This document shows positions 12,351-24,778 of a stretch of 64,000 nucleotides of DNA, in pieces; within the stretch, counting starts at the first letter, position 1, and every line of letters begins with the position of its first letter. The notes beneath the pieces were generated by a model that saw only the letters and a program-made list of their open reading frames with translations, ran no database searches and was not told the DNA's origin. Source of the DNA: Geosiphon pyriformis uo1 (lineage: Eukaryota; Fungi; Glomeromycota); assembly GCA_016748015.1 (NCBI GenBank), contig JAAOMT010000096.1:263155-327154 (forward strand), in the 5' to 3' direction. The position numbers and the translations under genes were made by a program.

Positions 12351-13137
12351 GATCATGGCTATACTTGTAATGGCTTTAAAAAAAAAAATTTTTTTGGGGG
12401 GGGGGGGGTTACAACTCATTGAATATGCTCTCAACAATACAGAATACCCTTTCTACTCAAGTACTTTGGGTACTAAAATGGATATTGGAAATACCAAGAT
12501 ACATCAATCAACAATTTACGGTAATTCTAAAAGCAATTTTCTCATACTCTATGCTGATAACAATCGGTGTGGTTTATAGTTAGGTTACAAAAAAATGGTT
12601 ATTTTAGCAATATCTATTTACGCAAATAACACTTTGAGCATTTGAAAATGGTTTCTAAGAATGTGATAGCATATTTTGTTTAAAAAAATAACCCCCCAAT
12701 TTTAGAGAGTAGACGTAAAACAATTGGCTCTTTAAAATTTTCTTCTTTTACTCATTTTAGTTTAACGTCCATTCAGTTAAGCAAAACCGCTTTCTAACTC
12801 TATTAGGAAATATTTGCTGTTATACACTTGTACGCTTGACCGATTTTCATTACAAATATGATAAAATGCCATTTAAGCCTGGAAACGACAATCATTTTCA
12901 CCACTTTTGACGAGTTTTTGCATGAGATAACGCAAACGAAGGAATTTGTGACACAATGGAATATTAAAAGGAAAATAACATTGTCAAAAGCTAGTAAAAA
13001 AATTTATCAAGATCATCAATATTGTTTAACGTTAAAAATGTAAATTACAACTTTTGCTAAATATATGTACATGTACATGTATAATGATTTGAACAACTTG
13101 TTAACACTGCCATTTCCCGGTACAGAAAGTGATTGTT

Positions 13138-13170
<33 letters not shown>

Positions 13171-14913
13171 GAAAAATCTAAAATCATCCCAGACTTTGCA
13201 AGCTTCACTTAATAAATTTAAATAAAACAAAATTCATGACAAACCAAGTGACTTCATTTTTATGTCCTTACTTATTCGAAGAAAGAAATATTAACAATTT
13301 CAAATATTCGGAAAACGAGTCTATAAATTTGAATCGATTCAACAAAACAAAGCTTTGAATACATGATAAGCCATTTACCCATTTGATAATAAGTAAATAA
13401 TTAAAAATAAAAGATATAAAAATATTACTCAAATTGACATTTTAAACTAAGGATTGTATATATTTTAAACAGAAACACAATTATCAAAGATTTATCAGTA
13501 AAAAAGCTAAGAATGATTCTATTTAAACCGATTATTAGTATGCTTATTTCTTTCATGTTAATCTCTTCTTTAAAAAAAAAAACCTTGTGTCAGATTTGGT
13601 ATTTATAATTCATAAAAAACTATTACAATTTAAATAATTTGAAAATTTTCTCTAAATATTAGATATTATTTAAAAATTTATATAAATTAAAGTCTATGTT
13701 TATAATTAATGAGGATTCTCTGATATCATAATTTAATAAATGTAATGTTGATCAAAAGATATATTTTCTTTATTTAAATTGAAAAAGGTTTCATTAATAA
13801 TAATTTTTAAATCCAAAATTTTCAAAAATTAAACACAAATTTATATTGTTTTACAATAATATTTTTTGAATAATCAAAAAAAAATTTTGGCTCATTATAA
13901 TAAAAACATAAAAATTTCTCTGGTTTGTAGTCTGCTGTGTATATATTTAACTGCAAATTTTTTTTTCAAGTGCTAGTTATTATTCAATTTATAAAAATTA
14001 AAAATATTACATACAATATTTTTGAAAATAGATTGAATTTTTAAATTGAGAAAATAAATTCACTTATTAAAATTAATTTTATTAATGTTAATAATAATAA
14101 TAATAATATCAAGTTTTGGTAAAAAATTTTCATTTTCATTTTCTTTAAAGCTTTGCTATTTGCCGTTCAAACAATTTTTTACACATTTTGCTAGTTTGAA
14201 TTTAAGTGGGACGAAAATTTTTTTAATTATTTAAAGTAATTAAAATAATTAAAGCGGTTATAATGAAAGTTTTTAATATCGTCACCGAAATTTTTCAAGA
14301 TTGCAAAAACTTTTAAAATAAACATTTACTTTAATTCATTTACCTAATTTCATCCAAAAAATTTATTAAAAATTTATTATAAATCTCAATTTTTGAAAAA
14401 TAATCATTAAAAACTTAAGAAATACATGAATGAGAATTGTAAATTGTTCTCTTCTGTTTTTCTCTATACCAACGTTTATTAATTAAATTTCGAATAAATT
14501 TGTTATAAATTGAAGATCCCTCGTATTTTCTGGTTTTTGACATGGTAAGTGCAATTCCCGTAACGATAAGATAATTAAATTTTAGTTTCATAATAAATTT
14601 TTAATTGTAAACAAAAGTCGTTGGAGAGAGAACCTCTTATAGTTGATGCAAAAGAAATTTCTGAATCTTATTTTTTTATACAAATTTATAATTAAATCGT
14701 TGAATTTTTTTTAATCTGATTGACAAATATAACATTTGTAATATTTTACAGACAAAATTCTATAGTTTAATAGCCTTGTTTATTCTGAACAGTTTTTTTA
14801 TTACGTCAATTAAATAATAATTCAGGTTACTAAAAGTTTTCTTTTCTAGCTTATACAATTTATAAAATTATTTTACATAAATAACTTTGTCGATTGTAAC
14901 GAAAGAACTTATC

Positions 14914-14971
14914 TGAATGAATACATAAATGAATACATAAATGAATGAATAAATAAATGAATGAATGAATG
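14914..14971. repeat. Imperfect (ATGA/ATAA)n tetranucleotide microsatellite
   Basis: tgaatgaatacataaatgaatacataaatgaatgaataaataaatgaatgaatgaatg. Confidence 0.75.
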
Positions 14972-17133
14972 GAATCTATGGCATTCTTAATAATCCTTTT
15001 TTATTTTTTAGGTTATGAGATTTTTACTTAACTTATTCACATATCAATACAGCGATGATAAAAATTATTAACAAACACATAATACATGTATTTCTTAATA
15101 CATTCCCATACTGTCTATGCATCCTGACTTTATTTCCAAACAGTCTTATCCATATCCTAATAAATTGAAAATAATATCTATATACTTATCATAGAAACCC
15201 AAATTTATGCAAAGATAAATTTAATATTTTGTTCAAGTTCTTGAAGAGAATGATTTTAATTAACAAGTCTTCATTTAATCTTTCAAAATTATTTTTATAA
15301 TTTACATAACAATAATTTTTGAATGTGCAAAACTTTGATTTTTTTTTTTAACAATGTGTTAAATATTTTTATATATTAAATCTTGATTTAAATCCATTGA
15401 TTGAACAAAAAAATTTTTTAAAATAATTAAATTATTAAAAATTCACCAAATTTTTAAAAGTTTTTCATTTCACTAATTGTTATTTAAAAAATAAAAGGTT
15501 TTTCAATTTGGTATAAATATGTTAAATTTATTTGGAAAATAAAATATATAACTTTTTATAAAAAATTTTAAAAGTGTTTTTGATTAACAACTTTGAACAA
15601 TTTTCATCATGATATTTGATCACGAGCTTCAAAGATTTTATAAACAGACCTTATCAATGTCCATCAACTTTAAAATACTGGTTATGTTAATTGAAAATTT
15701 TGTATGAGGCAATAATAAAAAATTTCGATAAATTTATTCCCTTATAAATCTGTGATTTTCTATGCAGATCAAGGGTTCAATAGCATTCACTCAAATTATT
15801 TTTTCGCTTCGCTTAAAGATTCATTGTCATCATTCCTGATTGAGATAAACATTACTATAAGTTTTAAATAATAATAATTAAATTCTTCCGGGCTAATACA
15901 ACTTATGTACAAGGCTCTTTTAGTAATCTAATTGTTCTTCCCTTTCTAGAAAATAAATTTTAGATATCTTTTTGTTTTTTTTGTTTTTTTCACTTGAATT
16001 TTCAAAAGTTCTAGATCATCAGAATCAAGATTATTCTTGTAATTTCCTTTAAGACGTATACCATCCAAACAAAACTTCTTTGATTCATGACTACCCGAAA
16101 AATTAATTTGGAATTAATGGGAATAATGAAAGATAATCTTGGATTTTTTAAAGGAATAAATATTGATAAAGCCTCATTTGAAAAAAAAAATGGCGCAACA
16201 AGTTCCACGATTTTCAAAAAAATGGTTTTAAAAATCATAATAATAAATATTAAAAAGGACAACAAAAGGTTTCCCTGGTTGTTTTTTTTTTGCTCATCAT
16301 TAATATCTGAGAGATCTGTTGAATTTGCAATATTTATTTCAAAAGACGAATCTTTGATCATTACGAAATAATGACTCTTGAAGATTATTTACTTTATTTC
16401 CATTCTCAGTAGTCCCCATTATATTATCTCATTATAATCAAAAGACCTTATCAATTGTTAATTTTATTCTCATAAAAGCAATTCTTGATACTTTGAGCTC
16501 CCTAAAAAAAGTTGATCATTCTTTTCGGGGAGCAAATCACCAAGATCTTTTTATTTTATTTTACAATCAATAAAAACACACTGATCACTTATTTTCCGGG
16601 ATAAAAAATTTTAAAAAAAGCCGATACACCTTCTTTTTTTTTTTTTTTAATATTCTATATTCTGTATAGATGAAAACAAATAAATCAATAATGAACTCAA
16701 TTAAACTTTTAAGTTTGTTTAAATTCCGAAATGGAAAATTTTAACTTTTATTTCGTCATCAAAAGATCCTTTTTTTTTTTCACGCTAAAAGAGAGATTCA
16801 AATGATTTGTTTATTTTTTTTTATTAAACAAGGATTTTTTTTACCTCTTCAAGATGTTTATTTCAAGAACAATGAATTTGGTAATGTGATAATTTAAAGT
16901 AAAAAAAAAAAAAAATTGAAAATGATTTTTTTGTTAATTTATTTTCATTTAAATTTTAAAAATCGTAATTTCTAGCTGAAATCACGCAATAGATGGAATA
17001 TTTGAATAATATTGTTCTTATGGAATGACAAAATAATCTTCTAAAAATGAATCATAATTTTCATTGAAAAATCTCTTTTGATTGATTCGTAGAGATAACA
17101 TCTGAACGATATTGTGTCATTAAATTTTCAACT

Positions 17134-17157
17134 ATCATCATCATCATCATCATCATC
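17134..17157. repeat. (ATC)8 microsatellite
   Basis: Direct reading. Confidence 0.9.
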
Positions 17158-18759
17158 TTGATTCTCTTTGAAAATGCACGATGAATTCTAGACACATTTA
17201 GATAGAACACACTATGACTAAAGATATATTTGGATGATTATAAACCAATTTTCTTTATTAGCACGCTGTATGCAATAACACATGTTACAAAAAGTTTGAA
17301 TAGATATTGAGTTTCATGTTTACCAATGAAAAAATACATTTGTTGTAAAATAAATAGATTAGAATAAGAGAGTGACATGCATCTTTTTGGAAAAAAAAAA
17401 CCATTCCCAACCAAAAAGTATATGTATTTCTTACGTGAAAAAAAAATAAAAATAAACATTTGATTACCAAATTGGTTTAATGAATAGATCAATTGTTATT
17501 AGTATACATGTATGTTCAAAAAAAAAAATTTGTAAATCTTGCATATCATTATTGTAATTTTTTTGAGAATTATATTTTTTTATTTGAAAAAAATGAATTT
17601 ATTATTCTCATTATTAAATATTGATATATAAAAATAGATTTATTTTTAATTAATTTTATTTATAAATTCAAAAAAAAACAAAAAAAAAACATAAAGTTTT
17701 ATTTAAAATAATAATTTATTTATGTTTAATTTTTAACAATAACATGATTATTTTTTTTGAAATTAAATGATTCTCATTAATTGGTGTTGAAAATCAATAA
17801 ATTTTTATTGAACAATAAGTAAAATTGTACTTGAAAATTTAACTTCATTATAAATTTCTAATAGCCTGAATTAAAAAAAGTAAATTTCATTTGTGTTTCA
17901 AAGTATTCTAATTCTTTTAAAACATTTTTAAATTAATTACTTCTGATTGCAGATTACTATATTTTCTCATAAATCTTTGCTAAAAGATATTTTAATTGTT
18001 TCAAACGACTCCTTGGTTATCACTAAAAAGATTAATCTCAATTACCAGCTGCATACTAAAAAAAATAATAATAATCAAAAGATCTTGATGCACAAAATAA
18101 CCAGAACAAGGATTGTCAATGACGTATGATTTTTTCCTCGCCATTTCTTCGTATTCCTCGTATCTTTTTAAAGCTTAATTATTATTTGCAATCAACCAAA
18201 AATTATAATGGAAAGATGTTTTACCTTTGTGTCATTTTTAAGGACCCATTCAATTATGATATTCATTATAATTTTTATTTGTTTTCATTCTTAAAAATTA
18301 AGTAACGATTTTCCTTTGAACTCTGTCTTTAACATTGGATAGAATATAGGATAAATTCAAAATTGGATTACATTTCAAGCGGGTTTAACTCTTTAACATA
18401 TTTGTAAATTACCGTTGGGCCAACGATATTATTCCTGATTTAATTAATTCAAATTATGGTTAAAATTTTTCAAATGAAAATTTGTTCATTAATCATCATT
18501 GTTATGGTACGTGAAAGGGAAACCTATCTTTGCTCATTTGGTTAGTAAAAAATAAATAAATTCTTTTCATATAAAAAAACATAATTCTTGAACGAAATTG
18601 CGTGATCAATTTTTTTACCTTTGAATTATAAATCTACATGTATCAAAACAATTCCCCCTATCTTTGGTATAATCAAGTGTTGTAATAACTTTCTATTCCA
18701 GATCTGAGTCTTTTTTTAAATTTCTTACTGGGGATACTTGAATCGAGAAATAAATGCTA

Positions 18760-18762
<3 letters not shown>

Positions 18763-18815
<53 letters not shown>
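18763..18815. repeat. Poly(T) tract of 53 nt
   Basis: Direct reading. Confidence 0.9.
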
Positions 18816-18816
<1 letters not shown>

Positions 18817-19867
18817 AAAATTAATATTCAACTTTTCCCGAATCATATTTTTAGAATTTCGAATTTTTTTATCTCGAAAATTAGTTTGAATAAATCGAAT
18901 TCTAAGAATCTTTAGATATCTGCCAAGTTTTTCCGTTCTTTTTGCACATGATAAAAACTTTTGAATTGTTAACATTCCAAAACAATAAAATCTCCTTATT
19001 AATCTTTCTAGATTAATAATCCTTTTAATTTTCATCTTTTATACACGTTTTAACAAAAATTTCATGATTCTCATAAATATCGAAATGCTTTTCATTTACT
19101 AGCTAGAAATGAAAATTCTTTCTACCGATAAACCTTACACTTTCAATCATCTAAATTGAGCCCATAAATTTCTTTTATTTGAACGAAACTTAACAATATA
19201 TGGTATAGCTTAGATTTCAAAAAGTCAATTAAAAAAGTTCATTCTTTTCTTCCTAAACAATATACAAAAGATTCAAGATTTTTTTCTCTTAAATTTCAAT
19301 AACTTTTACATTTATCATTCCATGTTTTCTCAATATTTGAAATCCCGGTTCAAAAAAAATCTATAATAAAAATTCCTTTTCAAAAATTCCTCCTGAAAAA
19401 CAATAAAGACACAATTTTTGATAGAATGACACCATATAAACAATTTCCTTAAAAAGTATCAGTTCCCAAACATTCAAAATAAAAAAAAGATGTTTTTAGA
19501 CCTTGTTATCTTTCATGTTATTTCATCCATATAAAAAAACCAAAAACAAAACAATACCAATTTTAAAAAAATTTCCAATAAACATTTGATTACCCAACTT
19601 AAATTACTGATTAGGGGTTCGACTCTGTCTGGGATTTCAAACCAAAATTTAAATGACCTCACATGATTGAATTCTAGTTTGGGCTTGAATAGGATTATTA
19701 TTATTAAATTTCATTTTTGATTAGTTATGATAATATTAATTTGATAGCCCCTTATCTTGAATCCTCCTACTCACCCTTTTCAAAAATAAGGAAAATTTTT
19801 TTGCTTCTTCTCACCTCCCATTTCGTAATATCTTAATCGAATTGCCTCATAATCAACCCCCCTTCTC

Positions 19868-19992
19868 TGTGTGTGTGTGTGTTTAGTGATCAACCCCATA
19901 AATCACTAAAAGCTTTCCATTATTCAAAGATCACCCGAAATTATGGTAATACATGCATTTGACTTTTCTTCTTCTTCTTCTTCTTCTTCTTC
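19868..19992. repeat. (TG)7 and (TTC)9 microsatellites upstream of the transporter gene
   Basis: (TG)7 at 19868-19882 and (TTC)9 at 19966-19992. Confidence 0.85.
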
Positions 19993-20638
19993 TTTCTTAT
20001 TTACCCAAAAGATTTATACACTCTGAAAATCTTTTATGTAAACAATTTCAGAAGAAAAAAATACTGTTTAATTTTTAATCTCGAAGTTTCTTATTTGAAT
20101 GTTAGATATCAAGTTACAAATCAAATTTTCCTTATTAATAATCCTCCTTATCTTATTCCTTCTAAAAAAAAATTGATAGATTTCAGTGATGATAAATACA
20201 TTATGAACATAGACATCTTTTGAAAAGATCAGAGCGATTTTGATAATATGCGTGCGTATGTTATTCAATAAATGATTTCTAAAGCAACCAAAGCTAGTTA
20301 CTCTTACGAGTAAAATAGTGTTAGAAAAAAATATTATTTGTTTAAAAGGTTTATTGTGGGGTTATTCGATTTTGGTCACACAATTAATAAATAAAAATTA
20401 AATATGAATATGCTTAGTTTAAAAATTTTTCTTACCCAAACATTACACAAACACAAATACCACGTTTAAAAACCTAGTCATTGATTTTCATTCTACAAAA
20501 AAAAAAAAAAAAAAAAAAACCATAAAATGATGAGCTGCCACGAAAATATCCTCCATTATCAAAAACACGATAGGAACATAGTCTCGAAACCTCGCTTTTT
20601 CTTGTTAAGCCATACATATACGTTGATCCCTAAAAACA

Positions 20639-21746
20639 ATGGAGCTTTGGACGTATCTATTTATTATTGCTCAGGTATAGCGATCGTTTGATTTTAAAAG
20701 AAGCAAAGATTAGTGTTAAAATAAAGGGAAACTCAAAACGTTTTATCTTTGTTCTTATTTTTTTCATTCTTTTCTAGTCGTGCGCTCAAATCTTATTGAT
20801 TTGTGTGACGGGATACACATGTGCACGAATTGGAATAATAAATGGAACCGTCCAAAAGGTAGGCTGGTTATGGTATTAAAACATTTCAGACTCCAATGGG
20901 TCAAAGCGTGACTAATATTTTATGATCACTCTCGATATGATTTCCTACACAGGGTCTATCCGAACTCACTGTCAATATCCTAATGCCATGTCTTCTTTTT
21001 TCACAAGTTGCATCCGGCATTGACCTTGACACACTAGTACGGCTATGGCCAATTCCAATGTTCATAGGATCTTTCGCCCTAATAAGTGGTTCGCTGGGAA
21101 TCATTGGAGGAAAACTACTTCATTTAACAACACCACAAACAAAATTCGCCTCGGCGGGGATCATATTTAACAATCTCACAAGTCTAACGCTCCCTCTTAT
21201 GTACAATATCGGCACCTCTGAAGCGATTGAAATATTACTTTGGGGTAAAAATGATACCCCGTCTGAAGCGACCAAACGTGGAATTTCATATGTGTTGTTG
21301 GCCACACTTTTGGGTAATCTTCTTCGGTAAATATCACGATTATCTTAAATTTGGTCGATGCTTTCAATATTTATTTCATCCTTGGATGATTATGCAATGA
21401 TCGCCTTCCTCGATTCATAATAATCACTCAGCTTCCCCAAAAATACTCAATCAAATGTCAATCAAACGATTAAAAATCCTTTTTTCATTTTCCAATATAT
21501 TTAGTTGGACTCTGGGTGCTCAATTGCTAAGAAAGGAAGAAGATCCTATCTCAGAAGCAATGTTTGAAGTAGAAGAAGCAAGATCTACTTATGGTCATTC
21601 ACGATACTATGACCGTTGTAGCAAGTCATCATATGAGACACTAGAATTCTCTGGAAATTTCTGTTACGCCAAGAATGGACTAAAATCTACTGAAACAACC
21701 CCATTATTCTATTCTGATTCCCAATCACCATCACCATCACCATCCC

Positions 21747-21782
<36 letters not shown>

Positions 21783-22351
21783 TCTCATCATTCTCCCGAA
21801 AGATTACAAATTCAGTCAAAAATATAGCGACGACAATCGGAAAAGTGATGAATCCACCCCTATACGCAGCAATTATCGCATTGATAGTTGGAGCGACACC
21901 TACTTTAAAATCATTATTCTTTGGAAAGGCGGCACCATTTTACCCAACTATTACTCGTGCTATGATTTGTGTGGGTGATACAGCAGTACCACTCACCTTA
22001 TTAGTTCTAGGTGCACAATTAAGTAACATCCCAAGGTCAAAAGGTGGAAATTTATTCCCGGCTTTAGGTTGGGTAATGTTCTGCCGGTTCCTGATCATGC
22101 CTTTTATTGGAATCGGGATTGTCATGTGGACACGTGATTGGTTTTCGAATGATCCAATGCTTTGGTTTGCATTGATGTTCCTTGCGGCAGGACCTTCGGC
22201 AGTGAATTGTATCAATATAACCCAATTGACCGGAGCATTTCAAGAAGAAATGGCTGCTTTACTTTTCTATTCGTACGCTGCTGTGGCGCCTATCTTAACA
22301 GTTTCAGTGATGGTCATGTTCCTTGCGATTGAAAAGGCTAAACTCCCCTAA
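20639..22351 (+). CDS. Auxin efflux carrier / PILS-like membrane transporter (Mem_trans family); exons 20639-20674, 20778-20858, 20953-21326, 21505-22351; ~445 aa
   Basis: Four exons joined by GT-AG introns give an open frame: MELWTYLFIIAQ-SCAQILLICVTGYTCARIGII..KGLSELTVNILMPCLLFSQV..FNNLTSLTLPL..RWTLG..MNPPLYAAIIALIVG..GDTAVPLTLLVLGAQL..DPMLWFALMFLAAGPSAVN. This fits two hydrophobic halves around a hydrophilic loop, typical of PILS/Ecm3-like carriers. Confidence 0.9.
21725..21781 (+). repeat. Coding (TCACCA)n/(TCA)n microsatellite encoding an SP-repeat and poly-Ser in the transporter loop
   Basis: SPSPSPSPSSSSSSSSSSS in frame. Confidence 0.9.
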
Positions 22352-24752
22352 TCCTTTCATTTGAAATTCATCTTGTATATTTTCACTTTATTTAACGAAC
22401 ATTCGCAGTTTTATTGGATTTTTTATTTAACAATTTCCATAGTTTCTTTAAAAAATCTGGATATTTTTAGCCAAAAGCAACACTTCACTCTATTTCATCG
22501 AATTGTTGGTCAACAATGATGGACCGGAAAATATTAAACCTAAAAAAATCTGCATGCGTTATCATTTTTAGTATTTGTTTTTAACTTTGTAAAGTAAATC
22601 CTCATCAAATGATTTAATAAAAATGTGATCTCATAACTCCGGAAGCTGCTTGTGGCACCTCTAAAATTAATTTGTTTTTGCCTAATTAGCATATCGATTT
22701 CACACTTTTTGTAGTCATGAAACATGCGTTTTTGAAAAAATTTTCCATAATATAATTCAGATCATTCATTAAATTTAATTGAAGTCACGTGCAGTAACTT
22801 GGTGAAATTTGATTAAAAAAATTTTTAATCGCCGTTCCTTTCGTTCTTTTAATACCAAACAAAAGTGCTACTTAGCAGAAACGAACGATCAAGTATTTCC
22901 CCACACTGGCCTTTCATTCTTTCAGTCGCACGCAGTTCTGTGGGTATTAGAGATTTAGATATCTGTCCTATCTTTTTCGCTCTTTTATTTGCATGCTCGT
23001 CATGCACTAGATCCTTGAATATTACCGTTACCAACGGCGTTTCAGATTTTCTTCCACGTCACCGAAGATCTCCACGCGATTCTCTATTGGGTCTGTATCA
23101 ATTGTTCAGACTTGGTGAAATCTGGCGACCCACAGTATCCGGCACCCTCAGACAAATGTAGTGTTCTTGATTAACCTGGCCACCGAATATTAACCTTGTA
23201 AGTTCAATGCATGGCTCAATTTGTGATCCGAATATCTTCCTCTAAACTTTCCAGCACTTTTTTCTTACATGAACGAACACACAAACTGTCATACTATGAG
23301 TTTTAACTCTTTACCGTGATGTTATTATTTCTACACCATCTTTTTCTGAAGAATGGAACTGCCCCGACGGGCTCACAGATTTCTGACCGAAGCAGAATTG
23401 CTGAGCTAGCTATAAACATGGCTTGAATACTATCGGTAGTCACTACGCTGAAGTGACTGAAGTCGGACGGAAGATCATAAATTGGAAAAACCATTTCAGG
23501 GCGAGTGTACCTATTACATTAGTTAATTTAGCAATATTAGCTACCCTATTCCATCACCTACTAGCCTGCTGGTGCTGCTGGCAGTGAGAAAGGCCCGGTG
23601 CTTATTGGTGAGAACACCATAAATGGTGTTTCAGTGTACAATGTGGTCTGAAGAAGGTGATGTAGTTGTATATTCTGAAATGGGAGTGGCAATCCTGTAT
23701 ATTTCCATCTGGACTAGGGTTATCGGTTCTTGTCCCGACCCCTTCATTGCGACTTGAAATTTTTTGGTTTGGATTTGAAAATTGTGCATTCACTTTTCGT
23801 TGATGTTTCTGTGCCAGGTAAAAGTGCACAGATGCTTATGTGTGCTAGGGAAAACGATAGAACAAAGCTGCGGATGAAGAGGACAAAGTGAATAATCTGG
23901 CAATTTTTTTCCAGAAATTTGTATTAAATACTGTGTTGAAATGGCAACGAGCTTTTAAGGAAAGTGTTCTCATTTTATTCTTCACTTTTGCGGTTCAGAT
24001 TCAGACAGCCTGAACTACTTTTTAAGCTTCTTGCTCGCAAAGGAAGCTGAATTCAAATATAATTTTTTATTTTATGTTTCGCTTTAAAAATAAACTTACA
24101 ATATTTCATATTGTTAAAATCCAACAAGTATGAAATTGCAAAATTCAATCTTGATTAATTTTATTATTTTAATATATAATAATTATTAAATATAACAAAA
24201 TACAAGAAAATACTTTTTAAAAATTATAATTACTAATTTTTTTGTTCTTGTTTTTCATTTTTGATAAAATAAACAAATGTTTGGCCCAATGTGTTAAAAC
24301 AGAGAATAAAAGAAATCTGATAATTTGCAACTTTTGAATCTTAACAATGGTTATTTTTATTCATTTCTTAATATGCAAGTCTTCCTTTTAAACCAGCTTA
24401 CTTTTTATAAGTGTTTTTTCTTTTGGCTTGTGATTTCAAAAAAGTTATACAGATGCTGCTTTTTTATTATTCTAAGTAAGAAAATGTGTTGACCAAGCAA
24501 AAAACTCACAACATAACATATTTACAAAATTTAGTTATATAAACAAGCAAAAAGCTTACAAAATAATATATTTCTTTTGTGTAAATAAAAATACACAACA
24601 TAATTTGCTTATCAATAAGCAAAAGACCAAATAATTTTAAATTATTTATTAGTTTAGTAAAAAAGTTTAAAATTTAATTATTAATAAGAAAAGATATAGA
24701 ATTTTATTTTAATTTTAATATTTTTTTAAATTTACATATTACTTTTTTTAAA

Positions 24753-24778
24753 ATATATATATATATATATATATATAT
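24753..24778. repeat. (AT)13 microsatellite
   Basis: Direct reading. Confidence 0.85.

Noticed and set aside
12355-12579. 74-aa ORF with GGGG
   Set aside because: Built from A/T/G homopolymers; no domain or splice support
16011-16371. Overlapping 116-aa and 94-aa ORFs
   Set aside because: Low complexity; no consistent spliced model or recognisable domain could be built
18757-19035. 92-aa ORF ending in poly-Lys
   Set aside because: The poly-K is just the T53 homopolymer; composition is non-coding-like
19611-19626. GGTTCGACTC B-box-like motif / tRNA
   Set aside because: No A-box or cloverleaf around it
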